A stretch of DNA of 63,887 bases, counting the filler, from Ferroacidibacillus organovorans (GTDB lineage: Bacteria > Bacillota > Bacilli > Alicyclobacillales > SLC66), in assembly GCF_001642725.1 (NCBI RefSeq). It is 3 parts of 3 records of this genome, joined end to end, with 100 filler letters (N's around TTAATTAATTAA, not from the genome) between each part and the next. Parts side by side here need not be neighbours in the genome. Positions count along the whole stretch, not along the records: positions 23,280 to 45,697 come from NZ_LSUQ01000041.1; positions 45,798 to 63,887 come from NZ_LSUQ01000051.1; 1 more part is not named here. One strand, written 5' to 3'. The position numbers were made by a program, and so were the translations under genes. Of this stretch, positions 43,997-52,920 are shown in pieces. The notes under the pieces are model-generated. The model was not told the DNA's origin. It did not search any database and was given only the letters and a program-made list of their open reading frames with translations. Within the stretch, counting starts at the first letter, position 1. Every line of letters starts with the position of its first letter.

Positions 43997-45208
43997 TCAG
44001 TCTGACAACAAAATCGGTAAGCGACGATCACGTGACATTAAACGAAGTACGCTCATATCCAAGACAAACGCAGACTTGTCCTGTATAACAGTTTCATGAA
44101 GCAGACCTTTTTCTAAAGCCAAGTCCATAATTCGTTTTCCACCGACAGCCTTCGTGATTGTTGCTCGACTGACTGGACGATTATTTCTCTTATCAACTAA
44201 TAAGCCTTCATCATCAGCATATTGATTCAGTATTATGTGTCCAGCATGTCGGAGGGCTCGTTTGAACGTAACCTCAGCAATTCTTTCCTGAGCCTCCTCA
44301 TCTTTGGTCATCATCGCTTTGACTTTGTTTTCAACCCTAGGCGATCTCTGTTTTTGAAGAATTCCAATAAATTTTTCAGCGAACTCATCTAAGTCGAACA
44401 CGGTCTTGATGTCGGCAATCGTTAAATACACGAAACGGTTAAACCTCGAAAAGAACACCCCTATTTTGCCTATCTCAACGGGGAAATCTCTATCGAACTT
44501 CGATAGTATGTAGTAACCGATAAGTTGCCGCATGTGCTCAGCTTGATAACCTAAACGTCGTACCGTCTTTATATCGACCAACATGGTATCAATAACAAAA
44601 TCCGCATCTGCTCCACCGACCAACGCGGACATGTCCCCGAATGTTGGATTGTACAATATGCGATTTTCCTTCTTAAAAAAAGCTTCAACATCCATCGTTT
44701 TGTCTGCAATTTGAGACAAATCATGCACTTCACGGGAGTCTACATCGTAACCGTTTTGACGGACGTATCCTGACCTGTAGTAAGCCTCCATGTAGCCCAA
44801 AAATACACAAGCCTCATACAGCCCGCGTTCATCCACATTGTCTCCCCGACTGTACTGCCTTCTGATTTCCCTGCTTATATTGTACTTTTCTGTTATCTCA
44901 GGTAATGAATCTTCCATTCCAAATTGTGTGAGCCCCAATATAAGACGACGCATCGCCTGGTCCGCGACCACGACGGGTTCTTCATAGTCTTGATTGATTC
45001 GTTGCAAATAAGCACGTAGCCAGTAATCATAAGCCATGCCGACGTTACCCGCGTTTGCACCTTGAACCAAATCTGCTACAGGGGGTATACCTTTTGGAAA
45101 GGGGGCACCATCATCATTCAGGGTTTTACATAGACCTTTGAAATTCGGCAGCGTCGAGAACAAAGATTTAACTTCGGCGTTATCACTTAACATGCTTGTC
45201 AACGACAA
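43997..45208 (-). CDS. Hypothetical protein with PD-(D/E)XK nuclease-like motif
   Basis: GGADADFVIDTMLVDIKT...QLIGY; GGAGG RBS before TTG 45208; AT-rich. Confidence 0.7.
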   Translation of the reverse strand: MSLTSMLSDNAEVKSLFSTLPNFKGLCKTLNDDGAPFPKGIPPVADLVQGANAGNVGMAYDYWLRAYLQRINQDYEEPVVVADQAMRRLILGLTQFGMEDSLPEITEKYNISREIRRQYSRGDNVDERGLYEACVFLGYMEAYYRSGYVRQNGYDVDSREVHDLSQIADKTMDVEAFFKKENRILYNPTFGDMSALVGGADADFVIDTMLVDIKTVRRLGYQAEHMRQLIGYYILSKFDRDFPVEIGKIGVFFSRFNRFVYLTIADIKTVFDLDEFAEKFIGILQKQRSPRVENKVKAMMTKDEEAQERIAEVTFKRALRHAGHIILNQYADDEGLLVDKRNNRPVSRATITKAVGGKRIMDLALEKGLLHETVIQDKSAFVLDMSVLRLMSRDRRLPILLSD

Positions 45209-45309
45209 TTTGTCCACCTCCAATATTCCGTTAACAATATAACAACGTGTCTAGGATATCATAACTGACCCACCAGAACCTCGATTTCCCGTCAAAAAAC
45301 GTATTCATC

Positions 45310-45335
45310 TTCAGCTAACCTGCCCGAATGCGCAA
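45310..45335 (-). repeat. Candidate recombination site, upstream end of nuclease cassette
   Basis: Minus strand TTGCGCATT-CGGGCAGG-TTAGCTGAA. Confidence 0.65.
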
Positions 45336-45697
45336 GAGCCACCGTGGTGACAATCATATACGGGTTAAATGATGGTGATTTTGCAATTGCTCAACCAATG
45401 GCTGAAAACCAACGGGGACAAATTTGCCGATGTTTGTGTATCTAAAATTACAGTTGGTCGCGTATTTCAGAACGGACCGTTTACAGCTCGCGTGACAAAC
45501 TGAAATCCTTTCGTGTCTTGCAACTGGCGCTGCAACTCGAAACGAAGAAGGAACACACGATAGAATCTATATTCGGCACTTTTCTGAAGAATCCCTTTGC
45601 AAGCAAGAGACGAAAGGGCGAGTGTCGTTTTGGTACGGATTTTTTCATTTATCGATTTTGGACGGGACATGAGGATTTTAAGGAACATGGACAGGCC

Positions 45698-45797
45698 NNN
45701 NNNNNNNNNNNNNNNNNNNNNNNNNNNNNNNNNNNNNNNNNTTAATTAATTAANNNNNNNNNNNNNNNNNNNNNNNNNNNNNNNNNNNNNNNNNNNN
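45698..45797. other. Artificial contig linker
   Basis: N runs flanking TTAATTAATTAA. Confidence 0.97.
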
Positions 45798-45852
45798 GCT
45801 ATAGCAAGTGCTGAGGTCTTACGTAACGGGTAGGTACGCAGCGTAGTGTGAC

Positions 45853-45897
45853 ACGGCGGTGCTCGATTCGAGAGAATCGGGTGACGCCGTGCTTTTT
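45853..45897 (+). terminator. Terminator of a gene upstream of contig start
   Basis: CACGGCG...CGCCGTG stem with inner CTCGATTC/GAATCGGG pairing, then TTTTT. Confidence 0.65.
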
Positions 45898-46014
45898 AAT
45901 GTCCGCGCGTACTCGGAGCGCGCGGGTGCGTCAGCGGGTGTCTTCTATCCTGGGAAACGCGCACATGGTATGATCCTACTAGAAAGTTTGTCAGGTGGGG
46001 AGTATAGGAAATCC

Positions 46015-46758
46015 ATGGAATATCTTTCATTCAGCCGCTTATCCTTGCTTGAGACGTGCGGACTGCGCTTTTACTTTGAGTATGTCGAGAAGCGAAGCCC
46101 GGTCGATCCGGTACCGCTGCACCACGCGAAGTTTGGCACACTATTGCACAGTCTCTATGAACAACACGCGAATTCTGCAGGTCATGATTCTTATGAAGTG
46201 TTGAAAAAACGATATGATGTAGACTTCCCCAAACTCGTATCGCTTTTTCCTGATCGCGACGCGGCGGTCCAGTTTTACAAGAAAGGGCTCGCGGCGATTC
46301 AGCGCTTTAGCCGCTATCTTGTCAAGGATGTGGTGGCATCGGAAAAGGAGTTTCTGATTGAGACATCGACTGGGGTGCCCCCTCTCAAAGGGTTTATCGA
46401 TCGTCTCATCTATTCTGAAGATCACGGGTATCTCGTCGCCGATTTGAAGACGGGAAAGGCATTCTCTGGCGGTGACCGAAAAAAACGCCGACAACTGGTC
46501 GTCTACTCCATCGCGTGTGAATCCGAGTACGGGACGCCTGCTGACAGCGGATACTTTGACTTTGTCGTACAGGGGAATCGCGCATGGGTTGACATTGCTG
46601 AGGAAGATCGCGCGGAGGTTCGCGCGTGGGTGAGAGAAAAGTGGCATGAGATTGAGATGGAGCGCTTTGACGCGAAGTATTCGCGTGCGTTTTGTTCCGC
46701 ATACTGCCCGTTTCGAAGTGAGTGTGACACATTTTTACAGCATCATCGCGCGGGATAA
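46015..46758 (+). CDS. RecB/Cas4-like PD-(D/E)XK nuclease with 1+3 Cys arrangement
   Basis: LSFSRL...C, GTLLH, GFIDRL, DLKTG, QLVVY, CSAYCPFRSEC. Confidence 0.88.
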   Translation: MEYLSFSRLSLLETCGLRFYFEYVEKRSPVDPVPLHHAKFGTLLHSLYEQHANSAGHDSYEVLKKRYDVDFPKLVSLFPDRDAAVQFYKKGLAAIQRFSRYLVKDVVASEKEFLIETSTGVPPLKGFIDRLIYSEDHGYLVADLKTGKAFSGGDRKKRRQLVVYSIACESEYGTPADSGYFDFVVQGNRAWVDIAEEDRAEVRAWVREKWHEIEMERFDAKYSRAFCSAYCPFRSECDTFLQHHRAG

Positions 46759-46777
46759 TCCCTGGAGGGGTGGATGG

Positions 46778-47749
46778 ATGGACAATCGTGTGATATCGCT
46801 GCTTGGATGTCGGTTACCTATCGTGCAAGGCGGTCTTGCGTATGTTGGTAATGGTGTGCTCGCGGGTGCGATCTCGCGCGCGGGCGGCTTTGGGCAAGTG
46901 GGCAGCGCCGGACGAACACCAGAGCAGATGCTCGATGAGATCGAGAAGGCAGCAAAGGAAGCGGCAGGCGCGCCGTTTGGCGTCAATCTTCCGCTGAGTG
47001 AGCACAGCGACCGCGAAGCGTACGTTGAGGTGATTCTTTCAAATGCGCAGCGCCTTCGCGCAGTCAGTCTATCGGCGGGCAATCCGCGGCCCTATATTGA
47101 CCGCTTGAAGCGGGCGGGGCTCACTGTGATTGCACTTGTGTCGACACCACTGCAGGCGCAAAAGGCGGAGGCGGCGGGCGCCGATCTGCTTGTCGCAGAA
47201 GGCTATGAGGCAGGCGGTCACAACGGACCGGGAGAGTGGACGACGATGGCGCTGATTCCGGCTGTCGCGCGCGCAGTACAGGTTCCTATTCTCGCGGCAG
47301 GCGGCATCGCCACTGGCGATGGGATTGTCGCCGCATTCGCTCTTGGCGCGAGTGGGGTGCAGATGGGGACGCGCTTTGTCGCAACGAAAGAGTGCGAAGC
47401 GCACGAGAACTACAAAGCGGAACTGATGAGAAGATCGGCTGATGATACGCGGATCATCGAGCGAAGCCGCGGGCGCGTGACGCGGGTGTTGCAATCGGAG
47501 CATGTGGATGACATTCTGGAGTTGGAAAAGCGGAACCCTTCTGAAAGCGAAGTCTACGCGCTGGTGCGCGGCGAAAAAAACCGCGTGGCGGCGATCGGCG
47601 GCACGCTTGAAGAAGGGTATGTCAATTGTGGGCAAGGCGTGTCACTCATTCACGATGCGCCGAGTGTAGATGAATTGTTTCAGCGATTGACTGGCGAGAT
47701 GCGGGAAGCGACGAGGAGAATCCGCAGTTTGGACACGCTGCTTCATTGA
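46778..47749 (+). CDS. Nitronate monooxygenase / FabK-like flavoprotein
   Basis: PIVQGG, EGYEAGGH, AAGGI, VQMGTRF, ECEAH. Confidence 0.9.
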   Translation: MDNRVISLLGCRLPIVQGGLAYVGNGVLAGAISRAGGFGQVGSAGRTPEQMLDEIEKAAKEAAGAPFGVNLPLSEHSDREAYVEVILSNAQRLRAVSLSAGNPRPYIDRLKRAGLTVIALVSTPLQAQKAEAAGADLLVAEGYEAGGHNGPGEWTTMALIPAVARAVQVPILAAGGIATGDGIVAAFALGASGVQMGTRFVATKECEAHENYKAELMRRSADDTRIIERSRGRVTRVLQSEHVDDILELEKRNPSESEVYALVRGEKNRVAAIGGTLEEGYVNCGQGVSLIHDAPSVDELFQRLTGEMREATRRIRSLDTLLH

Positions 47750-47784
47750 AGAATTCTTGATCACCTACGTAGAGGCGTGATGGT

Positions 47785-49620
47785 ATGCGTTTCATGACTC
47801 CCTTTGCAGCCGACGAACGTTCCAAGCGCGTTCCACTTTCCGCTGTTCCTTGGAAGCGAATTGGGGGATATTTTAAGCCGTATCGGCTCTTGCTTGCGCT
47901 CGTCGTTCTCGTCACTGCGTGTGGCGCGGTGGTTGGCGCATTGCAACCGGTGATGATTCGATTGATCGTCGATCGCGCCCTGCCGCAACATCGCACCGAT
48001 TTGCTCGACCAGTATGTTCTGATGATGCTCGCGCTTGTCGTTGGCGGAGGGTTGCTTGGCGTGTTGCAGACGTACATCACCAGCTTGATTGGCCAGTCTG
48101 TCATGAATGATCTGCGCGTATCACTTTATCGACACCTGCACCGCTTGTCCATGTCATTTTACAGCAAGACGAAGACGGGTGAGCTTCTCTCGCGCATGAC
48201 GAATGACGTGCAGCAACTCCAGAGTGTCGTGACGGACACGTACGGATCAACGATCAACAACCTGTTGACTGTCACGGCGACGATCATTACGATGTATGCG
48301 TTGAATGCGGAACTGGCGACCTTTTCGATCATTTTTCTTCCGCTGTTCATCCTACCGACACGCCAGGTGGGCAAAGCAACCTTTCGCGTGCGCAAAGCGA
48401 CGCAGGAGCGAATCGGCGATTTATCTGCTCATCTCAGCGAAACGCTCTCGCAGAGTGGTGCGCTGCTTATCAAAGTGTTTGGTCGCCAAGCAGAACAAAC
48501 CGAAACTTTCTCGGGTATGAGTCAATCCGTCAAACATCTTCAAATGCGCCAAGCGCTCATCGGACGATGGTTTTTTATGAGCATCTCGATCATCACATCG
48601 GCAGGCCCTGCGCTCATCTACTTTGTGGGCGGTCACACGCTGTTTGGTCGTCCCCCCTCGATCGGAACACTCGTCGCGTTTACAGTTTTTCTGACGCGCC
48701 TCTTTGGACCCATCGCATCGCTCGCCAATCTCGGGGTGAATGTGTATGGCAGTGTCGCCCTGTTTGGCAGATTGTTTGAGTACTTTGACGAGCAGCCAGA
48801 GATCGCAGACAAACCGAACGCAGTCCAACTCGAACAACCGATCGGACACGTCGAGTTCACAGATGTATCCTTTTCCTACGATCAGAATCGCCCCATCCTC
48901 TCGCATCTCTCGCTCGTGGCAGAACCAGGTGAAATGATCGCGCTGGTCGGACCGAGTGGCGCCGGGAAAACGACCGTGAGCAGTCTCGTCGCACGCCTCT
49001 ATGATCCGCAGACAGGCGCGGTGCGCATCGATGGCGTTGACCTGCGTGATCTCACGCTTTTGAGTCTCGCCAAAACGATCGGTGTGGTCACGCAGGAGAC
49101 GTATCTGTTTCACGCGACCCTTGCGGAGAATCTACGTTTTGCAAAACCTGACGCGACGGATGAGGAACTCGTGCGCGCGGCGCAGGCGGCAGCCATTCAC
49201 GAGATGATTGCGGACTTGCCTGATGGATACGATACGCTGGTCGGGGAGCGCGGACATAAACTCTCAGGCGGGGAAAAGCAGCGTATCGCGATTGCCCGAA
49301 TGATCTTGAAGGATCCGCGCATCGTATTGCTGGATGAGGCGACCTCTGCGCTCGATTCTGCGTCGGAGCGCGCGGTGCAGGATGCACTCGCCGTTCTTCT
49401 CAAAGGCCGTACATCGATTGTGATTGCGCATCGGTTGAGCACGATCGTTGATGCAGATCGCATCTATGTCATCGCGCGTGGGACTGTGGTGGAAGAGGGA
49501 ACGCACGAAGCGTTGTTGCGAAAAGAAGGGCTCTACGCGAATCTCTATCGCGAGCAATTCGAACGCGCGGTGCTTGATGCGTCTGATCGGGACCTCCCCG
49601 CTTCTGTGACGATTGCCTAA
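47785..49620 (+). CDS. ABC exporter, fused TMD-NBD
   Basis: GPSGAGKT, LSGGEKQR, LLDEATSALD. Confidence 0.93.
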   Translation: MRFMTPFAADERSKRVPLSAVPWKRIGGYFKPYRLLLALVVLVTACGAVVGALQPVMIRLIVDRALPQHRTDLLDQYVLMMLALVVGGGLLGVLQTYITSLIGQSVMNDLRVSLYRHLHRLSMSFYSKTKTGELLSRMTNDVQQLQSVVTDTYGSTINNLLTVTATIITMYALNAELATFSIIFLPLFILPTRQVGKATFRVRKATQERIGDLSAHLSETLSQSGALLIKVFGRQAEQTETFSGMSQSVKHLQMRQALIGRWFFMSISIITSAGPALIYFVGGHTLFGRPPSIGTLVAFTVFLTRLFGPIASLANLGVNVYGSVALFGRLFEYFDEQPEIADKPNAVQLEQPIGHVEFTDVSFSYDQNRPILSHLSLVAEPGEMIALVGPSGAGKTTVSSLVARLYDPQTGAVRIDGVDLRDLTLLSLAKTIGVVTQETYLFHATLAENLRFAKPDATDEELVRAAQAAAIHEMIADLPDGYDTLVGERGHKLSGGEKQRIAIARMILKDPRIVLLDEATSALDSASERAVQDALAVLLKGRTSIVIAHRLSTIVDADRIYVIARGTVVEEGTHEALLRKEGLYANLYREQFERAVLDASDRDLPASVTIA

Positions 49621-49674
49621 TTCGGAAAATCAGCAAGAATAGATCAGGTGAGGATAGAAAAGGAGTGACAGACT

Positions 49675-50367
49675 TTGGATAGCCAGGATTTGCGCGGGAA
49701 AAGACGTTTGCCTGAAGGGCAATATTTAACGACGAAATGGCCTGTGCTTCACGCCGGGACGGTACCTCGCTTTGACGCAAAGACGTGGGATTTACACCTT
49801 TTTGGCGAGATTGAACAGGAATGCCGCTTTCGGTTTGAAGAGGTGATGGAGCTTCCGCGCGTGACCTATCGGTGTGACATTCACTGTGTTACCACGTGGT
49901 CGCGTTATGACAACGTATGGGAAGGCGTTTCACTTGCGGCGATTCTTGAACGTGTCAAGCCGAATCAGCGCGCCCGTTTTGTCACAGCCCACTGTGAACA
50001 AGGTTTTACAACGAATCTTCCGCTTGAGGAATTGATGAAACCAGGTGTGATGCTTGCGCTAAAGCACGACGGTGCGCCACTCACGCCAGAGCACGGATAT
50101 CCGTTGCGCTTGATGGTTCCGCACCTGTATTTTTGGAAAAGTGCAAAGTGGGTGCGCGGGTTAGAATTTACGGAGAATGATCGGGCTGGTTTTTGGGAAG
50201 AGCGCGGCTACCACATGTTGGGGGATCCGTGGGTGACTGACGAACAAAACCCGGACGGTCAGCGGTTTCGCGACGATCCATTATGGTTTGGGAGTGACGA
50301 TCCGGCCGCTTACGAACAGTGGAGGAAAGAGATCGAGCAAAAACGCCGCGAGGTTTTATCGCTCTAA
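49675..50367 (+). CDS. Sulfite-oxidase-like molybdopterin oxidoreductase
   Basis: DIHCVTTWS, EHGYPLRL, YFWKSAKW, GFWEERGYH. Confidence 0.92.
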   Translation: MDSQDLRGKRRLPEGQYLTTKWPVLHAGTVPRFDAKTWDLHLFGEIEQECRFRFEEVMELPRVTYRCDIHCVTTWSRYDNVWEGVSLAAILERVKPNQRARFVTAHCEQGFTTNLPLEELMKPGVMLALKHDGAPLTPEHGYPLRLMVPHLYFWKSAKWVRGLEFTENDRAGFWEERGYHMLGDPWVTDEQNPDGQRFRDDPLWFGSDDPAAYEQWRKEIEQKRREVLSL

Positions 50368-50403
50368 GGTGAATAGGTGTAAATAGGGTGCAAAAGTCGC
50401 ACC

Positions 50404-50619
50404 CTATTTCACTTTTAGATGCCCACCTTCAAACGATTCATCGAGCAGTGTTTGGCACTGGGTGCACGTGTACTGATAGGATACGGAGACGGTTTGAGCA
50501 GGAACCTTCATGCCTTTTGTGATCATCACGCTCGCGTCAAGCGCGACGATCTTTTCTTCTTTAAAGTTTGTACTTCCACAATGGTTACACTGTACCGCGT
50601 GGTCTTTTGCGCCAGCCAT
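50404..50619 (-). CDS. Small zinc-ribbon-like protein
   Basis: GAGGAGGAG RBS; CNHCG...CTQC. Confidence 0.65.
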   Translation of the reverse strand: MAGAKDHAVQCNHCGSTNFKEEKIVALDASVMITKGMKVPAQTVSVSYQYTCTQCQTLLDESFEGGHLKVK

Positions 50620-50782
50620 AAAAGCTCCTCCTCACATAGAAAACAAGTCGTCTGAAGTGACGGATCGAAACAGATACGTGGAGTTGCGAGACAAGTATAG
50701 CATAGGGGAGCGGGGGTAATCTCTCGCTTCTGTGTCGCAAGATCGATAAAATAAGCGTTGTGGCGCTTTTCAAAAACAGTGT

Positions 50783-51814
50783 TTGGGCAGATTGCGTGGT
50801 TTAATGATGTTGATGATTCATGAAGCGGGAATCACTTATTTGGTTGACGCAGGGCGGGTAGGATATCTCAAAGACGGGATTCCTGAAGGGGGCCCGCTCG
50901 ATGACATGTCAGCAGAGTTGGCGTATGCGCTACTAGGAACCCGCGCGCCGCACACCCCGTGGTGGCTTGAGATCGGGCCTGCCGCATTTTCACTTATCGC
51001 GGAAAACCCGTGTACGGTGGCTGTCGCCGGCGCCCCGCGCGCCGTTTATCTCAATCGCGAATGTGTCAGTCAGGTTGAGTCTGTGGAGGTGCATCTCCAT
51101 CAAGACATGGTGGGTGTCGCTTTAGTACTCTCGCTTGAAGCGGGTGACACGCTCACACTCTCTGCGGCTGTTCGTGGTGTGGTTACGTATATCACGTGCG
51201 ACGCTGAGCTTCGCGAAGCGATCGTTCTCGGCAGTCGAGGCTACTGCCCTTTTGGGGACTTCCCGGGGCTTGCTGGACGACGGGTTCGCGCGGGAGATCA
51301 TATTAACTTAGAAGTTTCGTCGCCCACAGGAATTCGCACACGTGTTCGAACGCGACTAAACGCTTCCGCGGCATCTGTTTGGTTAGCGTATCCGCGCCAG
51401 CAAACCTTGCGTTTTTCTCCAGTCGGCGAATTTGTAACGCTGCGAGACGAGCTGTCATTGGACGCGTTTGGCCCCTTTCATGTTCAGCAAGCGGATCGCC
51501 GCGCGCTTCGCCTGCTCGCGCCAGAAACAATGCGCGCACACGCGGTTGCGCGAAAGACGTCCTCTCCAACGGTTCGTGGACTCGTGCAGTGGCCTGCGTC
51601 TGGTTCACCGATTCTGCTCGGTCCTGATCGACAGACGGTTGGTGGTTACGCGCGTTTTGGTGTGATCAGACGAGCTGATCAATACAAAGTTGGGCGACTA
51701 TGGCCAGGGTGTGGTGTCACATTTGAATACGGTGACGTAGAAGGGGAGATTGCTGCGTTTGAGAGGGCGCGGCGCGCGTGGATGAGGCGTGTGAAAAATC
51801 ACATTATTGAGTGA
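50783..51814 (+). CDS. Biotin-dependent carboxyltransferase family (PxpC/KipA-like), divergent
   Basis: DAGR.GY...G.P.GG..D, LGSR, G.VQ.P..G.PILL..D.QTVGGY; start uncertain. Confidence 0.8.
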   Translation: MGRLRGLMMLMIHEAGITYLVDAGRVGYLKDGIPEGGPLDDMSAELAYALLGTRAPHTPWWLEIGPAAFSLIAENPCTVAVAGAPRAVYLNRECVSQVESVEVHLHQDMVGVALVLSLEAGDTLTLSAAVRGVVTYITCDAELREAIVLGSRGYCPFGDFPGLAGRRVRAGDHINLEVSSPTGIRTRVRTRLNASAASVWLAYPRQQTLRFSPVGEFVTLRDELSLDAFGPFHVQQADRRALRLLAPETMRAHAVARKTSSPTVRGLVQWPASGSPILLGPDRQTVGGYARFGVIRRADQYKVGRLWPGCGVTFEYGDVEGEIAAFERARRAWMRRVKNHIIE

Positions 51815-51829
51815 ACCTGGGGGTGACAC

Positions 51830-52015
51830 ATGGAGCGAAACGCAAAGCCGTGGATGTTTGTTTCGATAGCAATATTAATCGCAGAATTGGGTCGCATCGC
51901 GGGAAGCAGTCTTCATTTGCGAACGACAGAGCATGTTTTTGACGGAGTGGCCATCGCGCTATGTCTTGTTGCATTTGTTCGTTTTCTCTTTCATAAATAC
52001 AAGAAGAATCATTGA
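51830..52015 (+). CDS. Small two-TM membrane protein
   Basis: GGGGGTG RBS; two hydrophobic segments. Confidence 0.55.
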   Translation: MERNAKPWMFVSIAILIAELGRIAGSSLHLRTTEHVFDGVAIALCLVAFVRFLFHKYKKNH

Positions 52016-52035
52016 CAGTTTGTGATACACTAGGA

Positions 52036-52055
52036 TTGACTGACCGTTCAGTCAA
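52036..52055. promoter_or_regulatory. Palindromic operator (TetR/FadR-like)
   Basis: TTGACTGA-CCGT-TCAGTCAA directly before the RBS of fatty-acid catabolic genes. Confidence 0.65.
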
Positions 52056-52070
52056 GAAGGGGAGAGATTC

Positions 52071-52850
52071 GTGAATACGTTTGTCACACTTCTAAAGCAG
52101 GATGGCGTCGCGACGGTGGAAGTCAACAACCCACCGATGAACGTTATGAGTCGCGCGGTTGGCGAGGGATTAAAAGAAGCGTTTGAGGCGCTTGCGGCAG
52201 ACCAAAGCGTGCAGGCTGTCGTCCTTACGGGTTCTGGCGAAAGGGCATTCATGGCTGGCGCAAATATTAAAGAGTTTCCAGATGCGCTTGGCCATCCGGG
52301 TCAGGCGTATGCGTATGCACTTCAATTGCATGAGGTGATGGCGGAGATTGAAGCGTGCGGGAAACCGGTGGTCGCGGCATTATTCGGGTTTGTGTTAGGC
52401 GGCGGGCTAGAGCTCGCGCTCGCGTGCGATTTTCGCGTGTGCGATGAGAAAACGATGCTCGGGCTGCCAGAGATTAAACTTGGGATCTTTCCAGGCGGCG
52501 GCGGAACACAGCGACTCCCGCGTTTGATTGGGACCGCGCGCGCGATGGAACTCATGATGAGCGGTGAGCCGATTTCTGCTCAGCGCGCTTATGAACTCGG
52601 GATTGTCAATCGCATCGCGACAGGTTCTTCTCGGGACGAGGCGCTTTCGTGGGCTGGGCAATTGGCCAAGCACAGTCTCCCTGCCCTCGCGGCGATCAAA
52701 GCGGCCGTTCGAGAAGGGATCGAACTTCCCTTAGCGGCCGGATTAAAGCGGGAAGCAGAACGTTTTGATCAGATTTTTCAAACGCAAGACAGCCGAGAAG
52801 GGATCGAAGCGTTTCTCGAAAAGCGAAGCCCCCGCGTGAGACATCAATAA
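52071..52850 (+). CDS. Enoyl-CoA hydratase/isomerase
   Basis: FMAGANIKE, LGGGLELALACD, PEIKLGIFPGGGGTQRL. Confidence 0.94.
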   Translation: MNTFVTLLKQDGVATVEVNNPPMNVMSRAVGEGLKEAFEALAADQSVQAVVLTGSGERAFMAGANIKEFPDALGHPGQAYAYALQLHEVMAEIEACGKPVVAALFGFVLGGGLELALACDFRVCDEKTMLGLPEIKLGIFPGGGGTQRLPRLIGTARAMELMMSGEPISAQRAYELGIVNRIATGSSRDEALSWAGQLAKHSLPALAAIKAAVREGIELPLAAGLKREAERFDQIFQTQDSREGIEAFLEKRSPRVRHQ

Positions 52851-52920
52851 CTCATCTTTGTGTTGTGATCTTTTTTTACTTACGGGTGAGATGGAAGACT
52901 GGAGAGGGGATTTTTATAAG

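Larger units (their letters stand above)
38040..45697. mobile_element. Integrative island with three large serine recombinases (right end beyond contig break)
   Basis: Boundary integrase stop 14 bp from a palindromic junction, AT-richer DNA, XRE regulator, tandem recombinases, nuclease cargo; no phage or conjugation genes visible. Confidence 0.8.

Noticed and set aside
45518..45697. Partial ORF at contig end, possibly a transposase N-terminus
   Set aside because: Only 60 codons visible with no diagnostic motif
45798..46758. CRISPR association of the Cas4-like gene
   Set aside because: No repeat-spacer array or other cas gene seen in the window
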